Below the pieces are notes generated by a model. The model was not told the DNA's origin and made no database searches. It saw nothing but the letters and a program-made list of their open reading frames with translations. A program made the position numbers and the translations under genes. A stretch of 59,266 nucleotides of DNA, filler included, from Dugesia japonica (taxonomy: Eukaryota): the NCBI GenBank assembly GCA_001938525.1. It is 6 parts of 6 records of this genome, joined end to end, with 100 filler letters (N's around TTAATTAATTAA, not from the genome) between each part and the next. Parts side by side here need not be neighbours in the genome. Positions count along the whole stretch, not along the records: positions 39,412 to 48,206 come from MQRL01606394.1; positions 48,307 to 59,266 come from MQRL01637103.1; 4 more parts are not named here. One strand, given 5' to 3'. This document shows positions 40,751 through 53,200 of this stretch, in pieces (within the stretch, counting starts at the first letter, position 1; each line of letters begins with the position of its first letter).

Positions 40751-43700
40751 TTATCGAAAATTTGTTAAATCACCAAACAATTTCGGTTTATTAAATCGAG
40801 AATTAACATTAAAATTTCTAACAACTTTAATATCTTCTTCTTCTTCTTCTGTTGTTGTTGTTGTTGTTGTTGTTGAAGACCACTTATTGTTGTCTCGTTT
40901 TGTGATTGGAGGAAAGAATGCACGCTTTTTACTTGAAATCGTTGAAGATGATGAAGGTGAAACTACACTGCTCTTAATGGAATCTTCAGACGAATTGGAT
41001 TTGTTGAAAATAAGCTTTGATGGTGAATTATAATTCGTTATGTTTCTATCGTATGTTGGTTTTGGTGTAGAATTATTTGATGAACTGTACGGATGAAATT
41101 CGGAATTTTCATACTTTCTTATTAGATTTGCAATATTTGATTTTATATTCGGACGAGAAAGTTTGGGATTTGTAAAAGTGTCAAAATAAAGTTGTTTCTC
41201 ATAGAAAGGATTAATATTTCTATTGTTTCTATTTTCAATATATATCTTATTCAAGCTGCTTGTTGAATGATTCTTTTGTAAACTACCTCGACTACTTGAT
41301 TTAATCAAATCAGTTGTTCCAATTAACGTGCAAATATTCGTTTGACTTGTTGATAAACTTGTTTGATGACTTGCTGGTTTCATACCTCTTGTAATGGAAA
41401 TTTTATGTGTTGAATTAGACAAACTACCTTGACCTTCTATAACAACCTCAGTTTGACTCGATGGAAACTTCCAATTTAATTCGGAATTATTGAAACTTGG
41501 TAAAGCTGCCAATTTTCGATAATCGAATTTATCGGAAGACATATTTTTCGTGACATTTTCTAAAAATTTGGATTTTCCATTATTAACATTTTTAATGAGA
41601 CAATCGAATGAATTTGATCTTTTTAATAAGAGTTTTTCTGATGATATTGTTGCGTATATGCTATTTTCTAATAATTTATAAAATATTTAATAAATTAATG
41701 AAAAAGAACAACAATACCATCTGTAGTATTTATTCCAATTTCTTTACCTTCTAGTTTCTCATTTCTGCGCATAAATTTACGTTAATTAATAATTATCATA
41801 AACAATCTATTTTTCATTACATCATGTATTCCAGTGGTCTCAAACTCAAATCATTTCTCAGACCGTTTTATATAAAATGTGGGCCACATTAATTCTGCAA
41901 CTGACTTTAACACTTTATACCACTGTATACAACGCTATTAGTATTATTAATTAAACGTATTATATTAAATTGAATTTGTTAGATATATCTTATAAAAGTA
42001 ATTTATTTTCGAACAAATTAATAATTTTAATCCATTTCTGTTTGCCGAAATTCTACATTGTGGGTCGCATTTAAGCTCTTTGTGGGACGCGTATTTGAGA
42101 CCCCTGGTGTACTGTATGGTATTATATTATATTACATTGTCAAAGTAAACTGTCTTAAAAATTGATTAAGACCGCAGTATTATTGATTACAAATGATGAT
42201 TTAGAAGGTTGCTTTAGATCAGACCTGGCGAACCCATGGTCAAGGACGAATCCACAGGAGAGCGATGGGGGATATCGCCGCCCATAACCGGATTTCGAAA
42301 AAGATATATAATGATAAGGAGCGACTATCCACGTAAATATTAGGATAGTAGTATGATAACGTAAAGAAAAATAATTAAAAACAATTTTGTATCAAAAAGT
42401 CGAAATAAATAAGATAAAATATTTGTTGATAGATAGTGGCGCACTAAATAACATCCCCGAATTACAAAGTGGTTTAGAAATTCGGTTTGAGATTATGGTT
42501 TAGTAATTTAGAATCTACATATATACTGTAAAAATATTAAATACTAAAATGATAAATTAAATAAATTTTATAATAAAAATTAACCTTATACTTGTTTGTT
42601 TTTTATTGTTATTTTCATTTATTTCCTCGGGAATACGTTTGAGCGATTTCTACCCCTGTTTTTTTTACTCAGCATAAAATTCTCTATTAAATAGATGGGT
42701 TGATGATAAAATTTGAAATACTTTTTATTTTTCGAAAAATCTATGTAAGATATTGAAAAAACCAAAAATGACCCCCGTCAAATTCTTAACAGATTGGTAT
42801 AAAAGTATTTGAAATCAGAGCAAAAAAATTATTTTTGAAAAACTTAGACTGTTCACCCGTATTCCCATGAAAATTTGATATATTGTGAAAGTTACGTTTT
42901 TGGTAATTATTCGCTTTTTTAAAATTTTTAACTATTGATCTCTGAATGATAAAATTAAATATTTTCAAAATTAAGAAAATAAAATAAGGCTTAGATCAAA
43001 AAATGTTTTTTAAAATTTTTTATCAAGTTTACACATTTCAAAAATTTAACTTACTTCCCCAAATGTTCGAGTTTATCTTCGTCGAGAGTTGTGATTGATC
43101 TATTCGATTTATTTAATCACAACTCTTGAAGAAATAAAATCGAAAAATTGGGTCGAAGAAAATTAAATTTTTGAAATTTTTTTTCATATTAAAATTTATA
43201 AAAACATTTTTTGGCGTAAGTCTTAGTTAAATTTCTTCATTTTGAAAACATTTAATTTTATTTTTTTTCTAATTAAATATTTAAACATAACGGACTTATC
43301 TACTGGATTTCCGTGAAAATTAATTAAAAATTAATTTTAGTAAATGTAAACAAAAAATCACTAATTTCCCTTTATTTAAACTAAAAATTTAATTCCCGGT
43401 CAATTGTATAATAAACTACATAATTATTTTAATATAGCCCCCTTATGAAAAATTCCTGGATTTGTCGCTGCCCACGACTCATTGCAAAATAGTTTGTGGC
43501 TCACAAAACAATTTATAAATATCTATAAAACAGAATATTACTAAAATAAAAAATGGATATCTTAATTACAAAGTTTCTTTTTTAGACCCTTTTGCGGCTC
43601 ATTAAATTTTAGAGTTTTTGTTTTCGCTCATTATTTAGTTTCACAGAGATTCCCCAGAAACTAAAGAATGAAAGTTCCAAATTAAATTGCTCTAAAGTTA

Positions 43701-46700
43701 TTAAGTGCTTTGCAACTCACTGGAATGTTGCCAGATCCGTTATAGATATACCACCGACGAATATTTGTGCCAACGAAGGGTGAATGTGAGGAAATGTATG
43801 TTTCTTAAATGTTTTAAGGGTTTTTATTTTTTATGAATGTGTAATTGATGGAAGCTTTATTTGTTTATTGAGAAATTTTAGAAACTCTTGTTTAAATAAT
43901 ATTTGTGGCGGATTTTTAAATACGGAGTAAAATTGTAAGTATTCTTTAGGAACTTTATTCATTTTTGGTCGAAATCAATACGTAAGATAAAATATTTGTA
44001 ACATTTTAATATAATATTTTGTAATATTATTTAAATTTTGTAGATAGTATTTTTATTCATTTATTTATTGTTGAACAATTGTTTTTAGAAATAAATATTA
44101 TTAACAGAAGAAAGTGTTTTTAATGTAGGGTATGTAGGCCCAACCTCTAATAATGAAATTAATGGAAGAATTGAACCAAAAAAGATAAATATTTGAATTT
44201 GAAGTTTATTTCAACTAATGTATTTCGACTGTGCTAAATACGCTTATGTATAGAATTTTCATTGTCAGTGGTGCGGAATATTTTTTATGAATTGAACGAA
44301 ATAAATGTTAATTTCTGATTCTATAAAAAAATTTCACTGATTGATACTATAGACTAAAAATGTTTTTGCTATAACCCTAATTTTATTGTATCTGCCTCAA
44401 TGACTTTATTCAATTCATCATTATCCACAACTTGATGGTGTTGACCATATTTATCATCTTTCAGATCTTCATCTTCCTGTTGGAATCGTTGAAACTATCT
44501 ACCACATTGACTTTGATTGATAACAATATCTCCAGGACATTGCATATGGTTCGGTATGATTTCGCGGTTTGTTTTTTCAAGAAACCAACTTATTCTTTCA
44601 TCAACTATATGTTTATTGTTATTATTTATGTTATTGTTTTATCTGTTTGAAAGTCAGTGTATTTATATTTGGAAAATATTTATTAATTAAAAAAAATAAA
44701 TATCAACTAAAAAATAATAAATATCAATTTTAAAAAAATTAATTTAAATTAAAAACTCTATATAATGAAATGTATAATGTAATCAAATCAGAATGAAAAC
44801 AGTAAAAAAATAGCTTTAAAATTAACAATAATTATAATATTAGGTTAAGCAAAAATGAAAAAAAAATTTTAACAAAGATTTATATTTAATCTATAATTTC
44901 CTTTATTTTCCATGTTTCTAGTAAATGAGCTATACAAATAATAAAATGTCTTTGTGTTTAGAGTCAAAGAAAGCCTTAAAAGGTGATGAAACATCGCTGG
45001 AATCAATGAATGATCTCTAGTCCAAATAATTTCGCAATGACCGAAGTAGCAATGTCAGGAAAATATACAGGATGACTAAAGGCTTTCAAATCTACTTTGT
45101 GTATTTCTATTGTGTTTGATTGTCTTCTGTGGCTTAAAATTGTTATGATGAGGAAGAACACCGTTTCTGTTTTCAAAAATCGAATAGTTATTATGTAATT
45201 CGGTGCTAAAGAAACCATCGATAGCATTACATATCTACTGAAATGGTTTTGCCAGGTGGCTACTATTCGTTAAATTCAAAATCTCGCAATTCTCCATAAA
45301 TCTTTATTTATTATTACAAGGTTTTTGATTAAAGTGACAAAAAGATGAAGAACAATTCATAGTATTCAAACAAATGATCTGAGAAATTTTAATAAAATAT
45401 TTTAAAAATATCGATTTTAATTCAACAAAATATTTATATTTTTAATCATTTTTTTTTTACATAATTTCTTTAAAATAATTTATAATTTTATAATTTTGCG
45501 TAATATAATTTATAAATATATAATGTATCATTTTGGCTTCTGAACTCTTCAGCAGATATCGTCTTTCATGAATGAGTTTTATCACCTCGTATGGACCTGT
45601 GTATCTTTCTTTGTCTTTTGATCGGTTTTCTGCCTTGATTAGCACCTCGTCTCCAACTTGGAAATTTTTCTTTGTTGGTGTCAACTCTTCAAATTATTCA
45701 TTCTTTTCTCCATTATTGAACCTTCTTTCTCTATGTATCTTCTTATCGAATATCACTTCTGCTGGACTTATCCCCAAAGTCTTCTGACTTGTTGCATTTA
45801 GTGTATATTCAATTTCTGGTATTAACTCGGTCCAATTTTTATTTTTTTTATCTTTTAATGTTGCATTGATGTTATCTTTGATCGTTCTGAATTGACGTTC
45901 TACTATTCCGTTTGTATTATGATGATATGCACTTGAAAAGCAAATCATTATATTCATTGAATTTGTCATCTCTTTAAAGGCTTTCGATTCGAAGATCTTT
46001 CCACAATCAACATGTATCGCTTTTGGAGTACTTAATGTCAGTATCCATTTATTGATAATCGTTTTCTTTATTGATTCCTCATCTTGTTTAACGAGGGCTG
46101 TTAAGCATATGTATCTGCTAAATTTATCTATACATTGGGCATCGAAAATGCCTGTCTTTCTGTGATTGCATTCAGTTTTCTAAAATCTGGACATAATCGA
46201 ACGTCTTTCCTTTCTTTTTTCAAAACATACATTAATGGAGTGTTCCATTGCAAATTACACTTTCTAATAATGCCACTGTCAAACAAATTCTTGATAGCTT
46301 CATCGATCTTATTCTCCATGGTTAAATATTTCTTGATTCTCCATTTGTGATTATTTGAGGTTCTGCCATTGTTGTTCTGCCAATAACCCAGTTGTCTGCC
46401 ATGAATATTCCTTTATAAATCATTGTAACTTTCTCTAAATTCTCATTTGGTTTGTTAATCAATATTTTAATTGACTTTTCTCAATCTTTCCCGAATTCTC
46501 AAATTCATCCCATCAACTCTTTCTTCATTGTCTAACAAGCAATCAACTTTTACGCGTTGTATTTCAACCGTTATACTTGGACTACCTTGCATCTTGTCAT
46601 AACTTATCTCTAGTCGCTTTTCTCTTCTATCATCAGAATTTCACTTATCTTCTCCTTTATATCATTGATCATCTGTGGTTAGCCTCTAATCAATNNNNNN

Positions 46701-47065
46701 NNNNNNNNNNNNNNNNNNNNNNNNNNNNNNNNNNNNNNNNNNNNNNNNNNNNNNNNNNNNNNNNNNNNNNNNNNNNNNNNNNNNNNNNNNNNNNNNNNNN
46801 NNNNNNNNNNNNNNNNNNNNNNNNNNNNNNNNNNNNNNNNNNNNNNNNNNNNNNNNNNNNNNNNNNNNNNNNNNNNNNNNNNNNNNNNNNNNNNNNNNNN
46901 NNNNNNNNNNNNNNNNNNNNNNNNNNNNNNNNNNNNNNNNNNNNNNNNNNNNNNNNNNNNNNNNNNNNNNNNNNNNNNNNNNNNNNNNNNNNNNNNNNNN
47001 NNNNNNNNNNNNNNNNNNNNNNNNNNNNNNNNNNNNNNNNNNNNNNNNNNNNNNNNNNNNNNNNN

Positions 47066-47131
<66 letters not shown>

Positions 47132-47300
47132 TGCAAAATCAATATCAATTCGCAAAATTTTCTTACAATATCTAGACAAAACAATTTTTCAAACAAAAAA
47201 ATAAATTTTTTTTAACATAATCTTACTTTGTTTGAATTTCCGTATTTGTTCTAGCTAATTTTATTACAGATTCATCTTCGACAATAGTACTCACAGATTT
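40751..47300 (-). CDS. 3' end of an unidentified host gene, Ser/Asn-rich low-complexity protein (exons 47227-47300, 41718-41764, 40751-41667)
   Basis: The 263-aa ORF extends upstream to an AG at 41668. A 50-nt GT-AG intron and a ~5.5-kb TE-filled intron join three exons with consistent phases (KSVSTIVEDESVIKLARTNTEIQTK-NEKLEGKEIGINTTD-ENSIYATISS...). No domain recognised; the distal exon is least certain. Confidence 0.65.
41832..42106. mobile_element. hAT MITE
   Basis: TIRs CAGTGGTCTCAAA / TTTGAGACCCCTG; flanks ATGTATTC / GTGTACTG (decayed 8-bp TSD). Confidence 0.8.
42220..43739. mobile_element. hAT MITE containing a nested hAT MITE (42241-43470)
   Basis: Outer TIRs CAGACCTGGCGAAC / GTTGCCAGATCCG, TSD CTTTAGAT / TTATAGAT. 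Inner TIRs CAAGGACGAATCCA / TGGATTTGTCGCTG, TSD CCCATGGT / CCCACGAC. Confidence 0.7.
42948..43262. repeat. ~315-bp imperfect palindrome: head-to-head pLTR-like arms with decayed hammerhead cores
   Basis: Arms ~42948-43097 and ~43116-43262 are reverse complements. Near the centre: TTGAAGA-AAT-AAA-ATC-GAAA (+) and TCGACGA-AGAT-AAA-CTC-GAAC (-). Confidence 0.7.
45500..46694 (-). mobile_element. Gypsy relic with internal deletions (RT start fused to integrase)
   Basis: WNTPL...DFRKLNAITERQAFSMPNV joins directly to the integrase core (HVDCGK, SSAYHHNTNGIVERQFRT) and the GPY tail. Confidence 0.88.
47066..47131. repeat. (AAT)n microsatellite next to a gap
   Basis: About 22 perfect AAT units. Confidence 0.95.
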
Positions 47301-48559
47301 CTAGACCAATTATAAAATTTATATTAATTGATTAATTATTTTCATTTTATTTTATATTATTTTTATATCAGATTTTTATTTCCAGACTACTTTTATTTTA
47401 CCACTGCTATATTCAAACTTGTGGCGATAAAAATTGTTCTAATAAAAAATATATAAATCGAAAACATAAGTTAAGCCGCTGGTTGAACATCACCATTATA
47501 TTATTCGTAAATTATAGTAATAAGTAATAAATATTTCATTAAATATTCTTACATAATCAAACCAAATTAATTTGATTGAACCTTACATATAATTTTATAT
47601 TTTAAAAAGAATATTAATTCAAAATTTTATTAATTTTTAGAAAATTAGGCATAAATATCAAGATTAACAATAATATTCCCATTCCCACTTTTTATGAAAC
47701 ACAGATATTACATTAAAAAATCTTGTTAAGCCTCATCGTTTTATTTAAATAAATATCCAATGAAAATTAAATTAACCAAATGAACTTATAAATCTTTATT
47801 TGTATTTTAAATGATATATTATTATTTTAAAAGTATTCTATTTAATACTTTTAATGTATTGTTAATATTATTATTAGTATGTATATATATATATATATGG
47901 GGTACCATGGAAATAGTTCTAGAATTCCGTGCCATTTTTATTATTTTTAGCCCTACGTACCAGTATATTTGGCATGCGTAGGGTTTAACATTAATAAAGA
48001 CCAAGCATTTTCACATAAGATAAAAATGGTAGAAAAATTAGTTGCGAAACTCAAACTAAAAATATAAAACAATTAAGATATTTTCTGCGGGGAAAACGAA
48101 AGATTTCTTAAATGAAAAAATATGAAAACATATTATTAGTTTTTGCCTTTATTTGTGTATATATATATATATATATATTGTCTAAAATTTTTTATTTATT
48201 TTTTTANNNNNNNNNNNNNNNNNNNNNNNNNNNNNNNNNNNNNNNNNNNNTTAATTAATTAANNNNNNNNNNNNNNNNNNNNNNNNNNNNNNNNNNNNNN
48301 NNNNNNATTGAAGATGAAGATGTCAGTACAAACGATGGATATGAGGAACCATATGAAAGTGATTCCGAAAGGCAGGGCTCCACCAGTAGAGGAGTTGGTT
48401 GAAGCCATCCATTGAAAAAAATTACGAGCTCAAACCAAGCATGAGCCTCAAAAGTTCGAATTTTTGGACCCCTAATTTCACGCAGTTTACATATACACAC
48501 ACATTTTATTTTACACAACTTCTTTTAACATGCCATGTTTTTATTTTAGTTCATTATAA

Positions 48560-49540
48560 TTACTGTACAGGAGAACATGCCGTGTGTNNNNNNGTTAGCG
48601 GAACTGAAATCTTATGGAAGTACTAATTCGAAGTACTTATGGAAGACAACCGCCAGGTCGTGAATCAATTTATAGATAGAAAGCTCAGTGTCTGGAAAAT
48701 GAAAGTGTAGATAAAGAAAAAAAACTACTGGAAGAAAGAAAATTTCTAAGGAAAAGTTTGATCTTTTTCGTCAATGTTTTTCCAGTAATCCCAAACAATC
48801 AGTACAATATGCAAGCAGAAATTGCATATACAGTGCACAAAGTTATTCCTATAATCATCATCATTAACTGTACAAATTTCGACTTTTTCATAAGTTACAT
48901 GTTTAATGACAAGATTACTCGAGCTAATTTTGCTGTGAATATGCTGAAACGATTAGATAACGATCCGCATTTCATTGAAAAAATCATGTTTGCTGATGAG
49001 GCAACCTTTCATTTGTCAGGAACAGTAAACATAGATAATTGCAGAACATTGGGTTCTGAGAACCTGTCTGTTATTTCAGAGAATGGAAGAGATACTCCAA
49101 AACTAAATAAGTGGTATGGCCTTTTTCATAATGAAATTAATGTTCATTTCTTCTTTGCGGAGAAAACTGTAACATCTGCCAGTTACCATCCTATGATCCA
49201 ACAAAATGTCGTCAAAATTCTCCAAGGAAATAACACTTTCATTCTAAAAAAAAATGGTGCGACGAACAACATGAGTCTTTTGGTTCGTATTTTCCTGGAT
49301 ATGAAGGCGCGGCCCCGTTGCTTTACCACTACGATATATGGATATAATGCGACTGGATTTTTTTCTCAGGGGTTATGTAAAAGATCGAGTGTATTCAAGC
49401 AAGATAAAAACATTTGAAGACTAGGATTACAGATACCATTGCAGCAGTCACCCCGGAAATTCTACAAAATACCTAGGTGAGATTGAATAGAGGCTTGGCA
49501 TGGTATGCACAAAAATTGGTTACAATGTTGAAAATTATTG
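48560..49540 (+). mobile_element. Tc1/mariner-superfamily transposase relic (DD41D/rosa-like)
   Basis: IMFADEATFHLSGTVN..NCR..GSEN...RDTPK...FFFAEKTVT and a downstream LDFF..G remnant; frameshifted. Confidence 0.8.
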
Positions 49541-49760
49541 ATTATAATGAAGGTGCTATGAATTTTAAACTTTCTGCTAAATTGTTATGGAAATGAATTA
49601 TGTAATTTGTTCCTCTAATAAATTTTATAGATTTTTATTTATGCACGATTCTTTTATTATAAATTCGATATTATTTCACAATAATTTACTTGTTAATATT
49701 ATTGATTTTGATTGAAATATTTTGTATTTTCCTGATCCGTTTTTATTTAAAACGATAAAG

Positions 49761-50155
49761 CAGTGTTTCCCAACCTAGGCGATCAAAAATGAATGCAGAG
49801 TTAGTGGGCGATGGTGAGCNATGAAAGGTTAGTTTTTATAACTTGTATGTCTCATGAAAGTAGGCCATTTGAGCATTAATATATCATTAGCATAAAACTT
49901 TTCTTTTTGCACAAACATTCGGCCAAAATGGCAAACTTTGATTTTTTTGTTCACAGACTTCATTAAAAAAGATGTCTCATCATATCTTTGCTTTTTCTGA
50001 TCCTTATTTATCCGTGTGTTAATTCAACAGTAACATTACAATTCAATGCAGTTCTAAATGGGTAGTAGAAATTGACTAATCTTTATCGATGGGTGATGGA
50101 GTCAGTGTAATATGCCGAAGTGTGCGATGCCGAAAAAAAGAGTTGGGAAACACTG
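49761..50155. mobile_element. hAT MITE
   Basis: Perfect 14-bp TIR CAGTGTTTCCCAAC; TSD not preserved. Confidence 0.8.
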
Positions 50156-50225
50156 CTTAAGTATTATTTTTTAATTATATTTTTTCAATGAAAATGTTAA
50201 CAGTGAATATAAAAGTTCAACTTAC

Positions 50226-53200
50226 AACTCTGGTATTTTCAATGATGGCAACAAAAATGTTGTTAACATATGAGATAATTTAGAAACATGTTTCTTTTCA
50301 CCATCCAAAATATGATTAACAATCTATAAATGAATTATATATTAAGATCTAAATTCAATTATATTTACATCTGCTTGAAAAGTTAACAAATGACTGTCAC
50401 TTGATGTTTTAACATCTGATTGAGGTGATCCATCTTTTTCCTCATCTACAATTTATAGATTATTTCCTCATTTTCATGCATTTAATTCTAATTAATAGAA
50501 TATCAAATGAAATTAATCGAGATCAATTTGTATGTTCAAACAAAAACTACCATAATATAATTTATATTTTTCACAAATTCATTAAGTCGAATTACAATGG
50601 AGTACCTTATTGAAAATTTTTCCAATTACCAAAATTAATGGAAACAACAAAAAATTGCATAATTTTTTTAATAAAATGTGAATTTGTTAAGTTTTCTTTA
50701 AATTTAATTTTATGTTAAAATTTTCTTTAAATATAAAATACAGTATAAACATAAAAACCAAATTAAATACCGATTATTTTGTATTTGTGAAATATTGGAA
50801 AAGATTTTGTTAAATATTATGATTCGTTTGATTTCTACCTAAAATGAATACTTTAATTAAGCAGATAAAAAATGGGAGCTCCAATTTAGAATTTTATTAT
50901 TTTCATTTTTGGTAAAAATATGTATCATCGTGGTATTTTTAGATAATACATTAATCATATTGGGTTGTCCGGAAAGTTCGTGACGAGTTATAACAAAAAT
51001 TCCAAAGTAACACATTTAAATTTCAAAATGCATTTATTAAATTAAACATTTGCCATTTTGATTCGCAGCCTTTCTCCATCTTTCATGCAACTTAAAGATT
51101 TCATTTTCCCCGAATATATCAGGTTTTCTGGCGAAAAAAATATCAAGATGATTTTCTATATCAATCGAAGAGGTAAATTTTCGACATTAAGGGAATCTTG
51201 ACAAGATATATATATATATATATATATAAGTGGAAATATGTAAGTGGAACCCGCATAAAGTGAATAAGGCGGATGGAGTAGAACTTTCCAACCGAGCTCC
51301 AAACCCTTTTCTAGTAGCCAAAGACGCACAAGGGCGTTTATTGTCCTGAAAAACCAGAACTCGGCTCTATTGCCAAGAGCTCGAAGTTTTCTTTCAATTT
51401 ATTTGTTTAATTCGTCTAATTACAAATAATACGTTTCGGAATTTATCGTCTGATTAGTTGGTATAAGCTCATAAAATAAAATTATTTGCCAGTCCTATCA
51501 AACACCAATCATAACTATTTACGAATGAAGACCGGCTTTTGCGGTGGTTAATGATCTTTTCCGCTGAGCATTATTATAAATGATCCATTTATCATCTCCT
51601 GTCTCTACTTGCTTCAAAAATGATGTCACTTTGTTTCGTTTATAGAGCGACTGTTAGATGTTGATGTCATCCATCAAGTTCGTGTTGAATCCATATATCT
51701 AAACGGTTTATATATCCAAGCTTCAATTTTAACTAAAATGGTGGTTTTCAGTATATTTAACCTTTCTACTGATTCTTATTCTCGATAAGTGTTTTGCTTT
51801 GATCTTCATCAGTGGTGCTGGGTCGTCTCAGAAGTTCCTTGTCGTCAAGGTTAAACTCATCAGCTTTAAACCTAGCAAACCCCTTCCGAACAATTCTCAG
51901 ATAAAGCACATTTACCATAAACAGCTCATAATTTTTTTGCTGCTTGTGTAAAAAAAACCATCAAATTCTTATAATGAATTTTATTTTCTTCAATATTTAA
52001 ATTGGTGTAATAAATTGTGATGATTATTTTACCAAATCATTATATCTTTATTAATTCACATGTCATTTGCCTTTTAGATAATGTATATATGTAATTTGTT
52101 TTCATTCATTCCTTTATATTAAAACCTGTTTAATTCAACACACTGACAATCAGCACGAACTTTCCGAACAACCCAATATTAATTCATTAATTACTTATAA
52201 TTATACTAGCAGTTTATATAACATCGCATTTATAGTTGAAAACGTAGCATGTGTAGAGCCATTAACTTTTAGAATTTAATTGAAAATAGTTTTCAATAAA
52301 ATATTACCTATATTTTTAAAGAACTATTTATAAAATATTTATTTAATAAACACCAAGTGGTTTGAGAAATCTCCTTAAAATAAGAAAATAGATCATAAAA
52401 AAATTTCAATGAAAATCGATTTTCTGATTGTGAAATTTTGTTATTGGGTTGCAACATAATTTTAAATGATTTTATTTTTTATTGCAATTTGTAGTTTATT
52501 TATCCACAACATTTTTATTTTTGAAAAAAACATCATTAGAAATCCTTTTTGGGCTCTACAAAATCTCAGTAATTTTATGTCAGTAAATTTTATTCAAATC
52601 CTAAAGCTTTTAGAAATGTAATGCCAAGTAGATAAGAAAACAATATTTTAGATATCTACTTTTATTTGCTTTTAATGAGGTCTAAAAGTTTCAGAAGTGG
52701 TCCGAGATATTTGTGCTGTGTACGGAGAAAGTGCAATGGCCGGGAGTACTACAAACGATTGCTTCACAAAGCTGCGAAATGGCACATTCAACCTTCAAGA
52801 TAATGGCCACTCCGATCGACCACCCAAGTTCGATGAGTTTGGAAAACTCATCTGATCATTAATATCAGAACTCGAATTCATTACAAAATTTATTCAAACA
52901 AAAACTATGCTTAACACTATTTGTTTATTCAAACAACTTAAAATCTCGTATTTTCATTGGTGATCATTTATTTAAAATTTTAAATCGAAATTTTATTTAT
53001 TTAAAATTAATTTACATTAATTTATTTAAAACATTTTATTTATTTATTTAAAATTTAGGACAAAATTTTCGTTCACGTTAAAAATTTTATTTATTAAAAA
53101 TTTTACTTTATAAATTCAATCGTTATTTTTGAAATTTAAAATTGAAACTTTTATTTATTTAATTAGCCAAATTTCCGTTTACTCAAAAAATTTAATTTAT

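Noticed and set aside
44390-44650. Faint mariner HTH-like remnant on the minus strand (VDNDELNKVIEAD)
   Set aside because: Too degraded to delimit or support.
46577-47215. Long ORFs with poly-N/I/L
   Set aside because: Produced by the N gap and the AAT microsatellite.
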